Assembly (NCBI GenBank): GCA_965153355.1 | Contig: OZ231126.1 | Span: forward strand, 39,866,001 to 39,930,000 | Direction: 5' to 3' | Length of the DNA stretch: 64,000 nucleotides | Origin: Flaccisagitta enflata | Lineage: Eukaryota | Part shown: positions 1 to 64,000 of the stretch, piece after piece | How the letters are laid out: each line of letters starts with the position of its first letter | How positions within the stretch are numbered: position 1 is the first letter of the stretch | The notes under the pieces: model-generated | The model's database searches: none | What the model was told of the DNA's origin: nothing | The model's input: the letters and a program-made list of their open reading frames with translations, nothing else | Position numbers and translations under genes: made by a program

Positions 1-844
1 TTTTTTGTAAAATATTTTTTCGCAAATTTTTTTTTGCTGATTTGTTTTGCTTAATTTTTTTTCTTAATTTTTTTTTCTTTAATTTTTATTCGCAAAATTG
101 TTTTTCACTAAATTTTTTTTTGCTCCAGTTCTTTTTGCTAAATCTTTTTTTTCTAAATTTTGTTTCACTAAATTTTTTTTCAGTAATTTTTTTTTTAAAT
201 TCTTTTTTCACTAAATTTGTTTGCTGATTTTTTATCTCATTTTTAAAAAACTTTCTTTAGATTTTTAGTGAAAAAAAGGTATATTTTATAATACTACAAA
301 ACATTTTGCTAACATTATTTTTCATAACTCATCACTATGTCCTCTTAGATCAATTGATATCCATTCCTGGATTTTTTTTTCCCTGAAGCAATGTTTTCCA
401 AATTTACAATATAATATAGAGTTAAGCTTGTCAAATTTTTACAACAGCCTGCTCTTTTTTTTTGCCTTAAAATTTTATTGATTTTTACCATTTTCCTCTT
501 GATCAATAACTAAAAATATATCAAAATATTTAAAATTTGCTAGTAGTTGGCACTATCTAAAAAAATTTCATTTAGTATCTAAATTAGAAGCTATCATCTA
601 AATCAAATTTTTACTATCTAAGGAACACTTGTTACTATCTAGATCTAGCTACTAACTATCCAACTTGGGACCATTGATCTGACACACTAAGTTGCTCGGT
701 TTTGGGCCTCGTGAGTTTGTATGAAAGCATAGCTCATAGGCCGTTTTGGGGCCGCTGCTCAAAAATTATCTAAGACGGTGATTTTCTCCACTTTTCAACT
801 AGAGCATAACCAACAGACCGACAAACGGACCGACAAAGCCTATA

Positions 845-1000
845 AACCGTGATGAGCGTCGTCAATTGCGAGTTGCATACAATTCCTTGTTCCGCAAGAT
901 ATTCAACTATCGTTGGTCAGAAAGCGTGTCAGCTCTGCGAGCCATTTTAGAGCGGCCAACTTGGGAGCAACTTGCTGAAAAAGACGCTCAAGTTTTCTGA
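845..1000 (+). mobile_element. Non-LTR retrotransposon (LINE) ORF2 C-terminal fragment
   Basis: Reads RQLRVAYNSLFRKIFNYRWSESVSALRAILERPTWEQL, resembling the post-RT thumb segment of LINE ORF2. Confidence 0.55.
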
Positions 1001-1100
1001 ATCGCATTCTTAAGGCCAGTCCAACAACGCTGTCTCACCAATATGATTTTCTGATGTCAATTTTCGGGATTTGCATTGAATTTCCTCCTTATCCGGTTTA

Positions 1101-1607
1101 CACTCTTTTTTTTTTTTATAAGAACATCATTTTTTTTTCGAAGGCTTGATATACTTATTTTCAAGACTAAATAAAACCTTTAATGTTCTTAGAGCGTTCT
1201 TAATTTTGAATACGATATAAACTATAAGAAACCTTATAATATACTAATTCTTAATTAAAGTAAATATATTTCAATTAAATACTGTTAAAATAAATGCTAA
1301 TCATTAAAATTTAGAGATATTTTCATGATCTTTATTTAAAAATCATAAGATATCATATCAATTATACTAAAATTCAAATGTTTTTCTAATGTTAGAGATA
1401 TTTTCATGATCTTTATTTAAAAATCATAAGATATCATATCAATTATACTAAAATTCAAATGTTTTTCTAATGTTTGAGATATTTTCATGATCTTTATTTA
1501 AAAATCATAAGATATCATTCAATTATACTAAAATTCAAATGTTCTTAATTTTTGAGCTTTTTCATGCCTTTATTTATAAACTAGGTTCTTATAAAAAAAA
1601 AAGAGTG
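1101..1607. mobile_element. TA-flanked MITE (Tc1/mariner-like) with an internal 81-bp tandem repeat
   Basis: TA|CACTCT(T)nATAAGAAC ... GTTCTTAT(A)nGAGTG|TA; about 3 copies of an 81-bp unit at 1313-1545. Confidence 0.8.
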
Positions 1608-1658
1608 TACATCCTAGTCCAACCTCATACAAACGTTTAGTGGAGCGTCGACCACTAT

Positions 1659-1813
1659 AACAAGGCCGGATACACGGCTACCAGTTGCGGACAAGTGGGC
1701 AGGGGCGGAAATGCGCGTTTTCCCACTGATCGACTCGATCATTACGGACCAACGGACGGACCAACGGACGGACCAACGGACAAAGCCTCTTATAGATGCG
1801 CGTCCGCAACTTA
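1659..1813 (-). mobile_element. Helentron-associated non-autonomous element (HINE/DINE-1-like)
   Basis: subTIR AGTTGCGGAC/GTCCGCAACT, (CCGT)n-type microsatellite, 3' GCCG-tgtatc-CGGC hairpin then TTGTT. Confidence 0.75.
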
Positions 1814-1875
1814 AAACGCAGTACATTTATTTTTTCTCTCTCTTTTTTTGTCTTATCTAGAAACCGCTAGTTTTG

Positions 1876-2173
1876 TTAGATGCGTCCTCGCATCTCTATA
1901 AGAGGGTCTGTCCGTCCGTCCGTCCGTCCGTCCGTCCGTCCGTCGGTCGGTCCGTCGGTCCGTCCGTCCGTCCGTTACGCTTGTGCAAAAACCGCGTTTC
2001 TCGGCTGTTTTTGGCCACGGTGAGATTCTACACTGAAACAAATGATCAACCAACATGTTTTGAGAGCCTCCTCTACTACTCAGTTGTTCGTCCATCTGTC
2101 TCTCCATATATGTCACATGATCAATACACGCAGAGACACAGTCCGGACGCATCTTTGCCCGGTCGGGCTTGTT
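1876..2173 (+). mobile_element. HINE/DINE-1-like element (AGATGCGTCC subfamily)
   Basis: 5' palindrome AGATGCG-tcct-CGCATCT, (CCGT)n, 3' partner GGACGCATCT, hairpin GCCCG-gt-CGGGC, T-rich flanks. Confidence 0.8.
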
Positions 2174-3054
2174 CTCTGTTACTCATTGATGTTGTCCTCT
2201 TGATTCGTTACTCAATTGTACCGCTACACTTAATGTGTGAATGAATGAATGATTAAATGACTGAGTGAATGAAGGATGGGTTGATCAAATCTTTAATAAA
2301 AAGTAAACAATTCAAGAACCGCCAGGAGATTCATGTCTATGAAAGAGAAAAATCCACTAGACGAATGAATGAATGAATGAATGAATGAATGAATGAATGA
2401 ATGAATGAAAGAATGAATGATTATATGAATGAGTGAATGAATGAATGCACAAATTGCCAAAACTGTTAATTATCGAAGGAATGCAAGTAGCCAAGTAACG
2501 TGAAAATTTGAGTAATCATAACAAGAATCAGAGTTATGACATGTTGAAAGATATGCTGAAAATAGCTATTTAAGCATGTTCTAAAGATATATTTAGATTA
2601 TATATTCAAAAATATTGAAAAAAATATTCATTTATATACAAATTATTTGTTTTTGACAGATCTTGAATATTTTCAAATATTTTTTTATTGAATTAATACA
2701 AAAAAAATCATGAAAATATACGAAAATCGAATAGTACACTTCAAATATAGAAATATTAATATCTAGCTAATAAAGATAGATTTTGCATCAATTTTTTTTA
2801 TTTTGCTATCAAAAAATAATATATTTTGCAAAAATCATGAAAAAATTTGTCATATCAAATATTCATTCTATAGCCATAATGAATGCCAATTTCCACGCGA
2901 TCTTGCTCCGTGTCATACAAAGCTAGATGCGCAGCTTTACCAGTCGAGCGTTGGTTGGTTGGAGCACTGATGGGGATGGTTTCAAAGGCAGGGGCGACGG
3001 TCACAAGGTCACTCTCACCCCCCCTCCCCCCCCTTTAAAAAAGTTGCGTTGCAG

Positions 3055-3982
<928 letters not shown>

Positions 3983-6218
3983 GTATTTTAGTATTTCAGT
4001 ATTTTTCGTATTGATCGTCGGGTTTGTTTCTTTACATATCAAATGTTCGTGGCTAGCGTTGTTTTGTACCGTTTCACTGAGCTCGACCAATCAGTCACCC
4101 TGTCATCCCCCCCCCCTTCCCCGCCTCTCTTTTCAGGGCATTGTTAACTTCTTACGATGTTTCCCTTTGTCAATTTTAATCAAATTTAAAACTTTTTAAC
4201 CTAAAATTTCTCTTAATGAAATTTATAATATCTGAAATGATATTTGAAATCGATGCAATATTTTGAAATGATTTGTGAATATGATGATCAATGTTTTAAT
4301 TTAAAACTTTTTAATAAGTTTCATGCTAAAAGGGCTACTAATACAGGCTGTTAATGGAAAGATAAGTTGAATGATAAATATGTCTTTACGTTTAGTCACG
4401 GACAAGCGACTCTATGAGTGGCTTTGTCCGCCCGTCCGTTGTTCCGTCGGTCCACGGTGAGCCTCCAAAGTGTACATACATACATTTCCGCCCCTGCCCA
4501 CCCGTCCTCTACCGGCATCAGCAGTGTATCTGGCCTTGTTTGTACGGAAGTTAGCTCAAGTTGTCTCTAAATATTTGTTGATCATCAATTGGAAGTCATG
4601 AGAGCTCAAGGACAAGTCAAGGACAAGTCAAGGACAACATAAGAACAATTTAGACTAATAAAGGATTGTATCCAAGTATTTTGGAGTCAATTGAGGATGA
4701 AAAGGAGGCATTCAATGGGCATTTGGGTGAATAGTGTCAACGGATTTTGTCAAAGGATTTTGTCAAAATATCCATCATGTCAAACTGATATGCAGATGGC
4801 ACTTATCGGCTTTCTGCAATAAGAATTTTTTTGCGCGCATTTTTCCGGCCTGCCCCATAGTATTGGGGACCACCATGCAAAGTCTGTAGTCATGGTGTTT
4901 TCATGAGGCTTCTTCCGATGTCTTTCGAGGTGTGTGTAATTATGCATACTTACTAGCATACAATATAGGTTGTTCTTTCTATCAGCGTGCATAAGTGAGA
5001 TATCATAACTGTACCTAATGGCTGATATTTAACCGCGTGCAGGTGACTCCGATTACTCTGCTTGTGCAATGATTCCTTCCTTTTCTTTCTCATTCAGAAA
5101 TCTAAAAACATATTATTATGCAATCAAAATGCATAAAAGGAACGGTATACCCATGAAAAGATATTCCAATCGCTAAACAGGGAGCGCTCTCACTGTCAAC
5201 CTCACAGCCATCCCCCAATAATCCCTTCCGCCATCGTAAGAACAACCCTCAAAGAAATTTCCCATATTGCATACATCAAACCCCCCCCCCCACCCCATCC
5301 AACCTCACACAAGCGGCCTCATCGAAACCCCCTCAAATACATAAGTAAACAAATACAAGAAGAAGGAGCGTGAAAGACTGATTGTTGTTATGCGAGTGCA
5401 GGTGGCGCCGCGACGACGACGACTGCGTAAGTTCGTAAACAAACCCACACTAAAAACCACAGGGAAACAAATACACCTTCCACCAAGTTGAAGCGTGCTT
5501 TCCTTTTCTTTTGTTTCCCCCTTTCTTCCACAATTTCTTTTGTAAGAATCTCTGTTGGAATATTTGGTTCCATCTAGATAACTTTTCATTTGAATAAGCC
5601 CTCCACAAATTAACATACTTGCATCATCGCTCTTAACTAAATGGCTTCCTGCATCAACGCCCCTGCCTACAAACAAGTTCCTATGGAATGCTCTGTAGAT
5701 GCATCGGTTTCTAATTTCATGGAATTATATGACGGTTTAAAGGTGATGGTAATGAGATGATGATGGTTTGGGTGGTAATTGAGAGGGTTATGGACTTATG
5801 GTGAAGGGGCTTGTCTTGGTAATTCGTATTTCTAGCAGAGTTTATCGAGGAGGTACACTTCAATAGGGGATTAGGGTGGTTTAGGGGTTTTTGGGTAATT
5901 GGGTTTAAGGTGTTGGGTGAATTTTTCCTCGTTAATCAAAATCATGTGTACTAGCTATTGAAGTGGTAGGAGTTGGTGGGGTGCGTGGGGTGAGAAGAAA
6001 AGGAACAATTTCCAACGATCAAAGATCAAATGGAAATATGAAAAAAAAGAACCAGCCAGAGGCTCAGTTCATGACTGGTGGTAATAGTGAGGGAGTAGAT
6101 GAGGGTGGTTATTTCAGATTTAGTTTTGCATCTGAATTGGATCGGATTTTATTTGCCCATTTCAATAAATAAAGTAGACGCAGAACCGAAATTTTTTTTT
6201 CATCGTTATTTCATTTCA

Positions 6219-6320
<102 letters not shown>

Positions 6321-6510
6321 TTTAGTTGCGGACACGCAACTCTATAAGAGGTTTTGTCCATCTGTCCATCCGTCAGTCCATACGTCGGTCTGTCGGTCCG
6401 TCGGTCCGTCGATCCGTTGGTCCGTAATGATTGAGTTGAAAAGTGGGAAAACGCGCATTTCCGCTCCTGCCCACCCGTCCGCAACTGGTGGGCGTGTATC
6501 CGGCCTTGTT
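6321..6510 (+). mobile_element. HINE/DINE-1-like element; representative of a family with many copies (for example near 4391, 8170, 18035, 18910, 19293, 24475, 34950, 35814, 43100, 52003, 53492, 55977, 57500, 57828, 63310)
   Basis: tttt AGTTGCG-gaca-CGCAACT ... (CCGT/CGGT)n ... GTCCGCAACT ... tgtatccggcc ttgttt. Confidence 0.8.
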
Positions 6511-8579
6511 TTCTTCCTTTCGTTATTCATAAAAAAAGCAACAAAGCAGGTCACAACAATATTTGCCAACCACGTTTTGATTTGTGATTCTGGCGCGTTC
6601 AATCTCAGAAATAAAGCGTGCCCATTTTTTTGGCGGACACGCAACTCCATAGGTCGGGGTGCAAACAAAGACAAAATTTGATTTTCATTTACATTAAACT
6701 GATATACATAGTTATCCTAGTAGATTATGAATTTTGTAATAAAATAATTTATATTCTTGATTTCTTTAGAAATATAGAAATATGATCACAATATAAAAAG
6801 TTTTTTTTGCATATTCATGAAGACCAAAGTTATTCTATAAAACATGAAAATTTCTCCTAAAAATGAGAGGAAAAGTTCAGAAAGTTGTTAAGTACTATCT
6901 TAGAAAAAAAATCTTCCGCCCTGTAATAAAAATGTATTTAATGTTATCAAAATAGATATAAAGCAGTTACAAAACCATGAATAATTAGTGTGAGCTCTTT
7001 TTGGCTGAATCAGGGCCGCCATTTATTGGGAAAACAATTTGTAGAGCCTCTTGTTGTATACTGGAGTGAGAGGTCTTCAGATCTTTTTCATATCTTTTTT
7101 TGATCTCCTCTCCCGCTGCATTTACACTCATAGCTACCAAAAAGCTTATCAAATTATAAAAAAATTGGTGACAGAAATGAAGCCCTTCAAATTTGCAAGC
7201 TGTTCACGCAAACCGCATCTGTCTAGCTCAATGCGTTTAGAAGGAATTTAAAAAACAGTGAGAAGATCTCATTTAAATTTTGTAAAGAAATGGCAGAAGC
7301 GAAATTAAAGTATATCAATCAAAGTCAAATAACTTTTAATTGCATAGAGCAAAAGGGATGAGGTTTGCGTAAATCTCTTGCGAATTTGAAGGGCTTTATT
7401 TATCTCACAAATTTTTTTATGATTGGTTGATTCTAACCAGAGATGTACATACAAACATGTCGGAAGATTTTTTTTTCTAAGATGGTACAATTATAATTCT
7501 GCTTCTAAATGAAAAAAATTGCATTTCTAAACACATGGCCTGCATCTTATGAGTCTTTAGGAAGACACCATGTTTTTGAAAATGCCAATTTTTGAATCTC
7601 TTTGCAAAGTTATAATTTTACCCAAAAAATGTCAGATTGTAAAAAGAAATTTTGCTTAAAAACTCTTTTTTTTTTCTGTCCTTTATCCTGACATTTCATG
7701 GTTATTTTGGGCACAAACATAGTTTTTAAAGCAAAAATATTTTTAACAAAAACTAATTATTGTTTTTCCTTGATAAAATATACAAATTAACAATATCTAT
7801 AATATTGTTAAAAAACGTGTTGACTGATCAAATTTTCTCTTCGATTGCACCTCGACATAGGAGGCTTTTTCCGTCCGTCGGTCCTTCCTTCTGTCTTACC
7901 GTCGGTCCGTCTGATGGTTTGTAAGAACGAGTCGAAAAGTGGAAAAACGGGTAACGGACGGACACAGACCTACGGACAGAGTCGGACACATACTCTCATA
8001 AAGTTGCTTACCAGCAACAATAAACCCTGTTAGATCCTTCCTACTTAGCCTTTCGGTACCACATCTTCAAAAGTAAGATGACAGGCAATGTATCAACGTT
8101 TGCACGTCTAAAGTCAGTGACTTACACAATGTTTGAATGTCTAAAATCACTAACTTATCTTTTGTCGCTTACTAAGCGACTCGAAAACAGGTGTGTCCGT
8201 AGGTAGGTAGGTAGGTAGGTAGGTAGGTAGGTAGGTAGGTAGGTAGGTAGGTAGGTAGGTAGGTAGGTAGGTAGGTAGGTAGGTAGGTAAATAGGTATGA
8301 AGTTAGGTCCGAAGGTCTGCTGGTAATGCGAAATTTTGAATGACGCGAAAACGGCCGGGGTAGCGTTTTCTGGGCATTATCACACATTACAGCCCCCGCC
8401 CCATTTTGCCCCAGCCCACCCGCACTACTGCACCTGCCCACCCGCGAGCGACTACTTATTGATTGTTTATCCGGCCTCGTTAATATAAGTATCTATAATG
8501 TATATGCCCCATCTCTCTAATTCCCTTCTAATATCTGCAACGACCCCTCGTCTCATCTGTTAGACGAAATCAGACTTAC

Positions 8580-62247
<53,668 letters not shown>

Positions 62248-62250
62248 CTG

Positions 62251-62312
<62 letters not shown>

Positions 62313-62316
62313 CGAG

Positions 62317-62356
<40 letters not shown>

Positions 62357-64000
62357 CAAAAATTATGATAGAAATATGGAACACACACCAAAGCCTATAT
62401 GACCTGATGGCCAAAACACAAATATCTGAACATTTATTGGTCTCATGGGGAGCCACAATATTTTCAATTTTTGAATGGCTTGCTAAGAGACTCTATAAGA
62501 GGGTATGACGGCGTCCCTCCGAAGGCCACATTCGTGTTTCAAAGAAGATCAAAATGGAAATTATGTGTAAATGACAATACAAAAGCGAGTGAATAAAAGT
62601 GATTGAGATGGTTAGACAAAATATTTAAAAGAATAATTTGCATTCATTAAGAAAGAGGACCATGTTTAGCCATTGTTACTAAAAATAAATTATTGAAAAT
62701 TTATATTTTTCTTTAATTCTGATCACTGACAGGGGGATGGTCAAAATTCTAAATTTGCATAAAATATGAAAAAATGAAAAAACAAAAAACATGGTTCTCT
62801 TCCCGAATTGATTACAGAGAGAACTATGTTTTTCAAAATGCAAAATTTGCCTGTGTGTGGCTTTTTTAGAAATTCGACCTCAAAAAATGAAAAAAGTGTA
62901 AATAGAAATTCACTAAAACCGTTATTTTTCTGATTGTTTTTTTTTTTGTAAATCACATAGTTTAAATTACATTTTAGGTACAAATATGATAAAGATTTGT
63001 GCACCAAGTACCTTTGGAGATAATGTGTCTACTAAAATCATTCCAGCTTCTTTAGTGTCCTGATAATGATGCGAAAAGTAAGGTGAAACACTTAATATTC
63101 CTTCAAACATTTGCTGTCGTATGTCCGTGGGAAAGAAGGAACGAAGTTATGAATTATGAAGGAACGTCCGAAATGCGAAATGTTCGATGGCGCTAAATCA
63201 GCTGAAATAGCGCTTTCCGAGCATGACAGCGCCTCCTCACCTACAATACAACCCCTGCCCAGCCGTATGATAGCCCCTGGCTTACTGGCCATGTATCCGG
63301 CCTAGTTACTGGTCGCGTGCTACGCGACTCTATAACCCGGCCGGTCCGTGGGTCGGATGGTCTCCGTTAGCTTTTTCGACGTTTTCCGGCGTCTTTTGCA
63401 TTACTGCTCCTGTCCAAATGCTCAAGTTGGCCTTTTTTATCACTGCCCCTGCCCACCTGCACGCAACTTCGGTAGCCGTGTATCCCGCTTTTTTTTTTGT
63501 AAAGGGAATACGATAACCTGTTTTGAGAACTCCGACATGACGTCGTTGATACTAATTGTTTTTGTGAAGATCATATCACGTTCATCGTTCTGTAATGAAT
63601 TTAACTGTCTTTTTTTCGAACTAGCATCCTTTTGGTCAACCAGTAATGTCAAAGCAGGTCAACTACCCCTGTCAAGGTACTTAGCCATTCGTCAGGTCAA
63701 CAAGTCCTGTCAAGGCAGTGAAGGCACTCTACCATCCATCACTGAGCTGATCTTCTGACCACAATGATTGCGAAAAAAAAACGACTTCTGCAATGAGCTG
63801 CCTTCCTTTCAGCTAAGACAGAGGCGTCCTGGAACGGAGGGAGGAATTGCAATGTTCATGTTGGGTAAAAAGACAATTTGAATACATTGTGGAAAGGGCG
63901 TGAGTAAAGAGTGGGCAATGCCTAAAGGGTAGATGGAGCTAGGAAAGTGTGGCGATGGTCTGAGATCAGCGCGAGGACAATATGGGGATGTTGTTAGGAC

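Noticed and set aside
5388-5573. Minus-strand ORF with a hydrophobic end as a possible last (TM/GPI) exon of the neuroligin-like gene
   Set aside because: Phase does not match exon K, no bridging exon found, weak acceptor and no recognisable homology; unresolved
8043-8140. Phase-2 acceptors after exon K giving GRANVDTLPVILLLKMWYRKAK* or GHSNIV*
   Set aside because: Short, quickly terminated and lacking the expected PN...W..Y motif; cannot be supported without transcripts
63500-64000. Possible first (signal-peptide) exon of the neuroligin-like gene
   Set aside because: A phase-0 donor exists near 63517 but there is no convincing signal peptide or start; the 5' end may lie outside the window

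Overview
Repeat-rich, AT-rich, intron-containing animal (probably invertebrate) genomic DNA; no prokaryotic features. Two spliced genes were reconstructed by eye, with GT-AG junctions and consistent phases. (1) Minus strand: a neuroligin-like, non-catalytic carboxylesterase/cholinesterase-family gene, 11 exons from 62247 down to 8580 (about 562 codons; 5' and 3' ends not found). (2) Plus strand: an apparently complete 13-exon ionotropic glutamate receptor gene (41040-57401, about 1233 aa) lying wholly antisense inside the ~25 kb intron (37158-62081) of gene 1. Also present: a two-exon remnant of a Chapaev/Transib/RAG1-related transposase (3055-3982), two LINE 3' fragments, many Helentron-associated (HINE/DINE-1-like) elements, nested TIR elements/MITEs, local duplications and long microsatellites. 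A recurring pattern is that many exons of both genes are flanked by decayed copies of their own ends ('exon echoes'), including an array of repeated splice donors.
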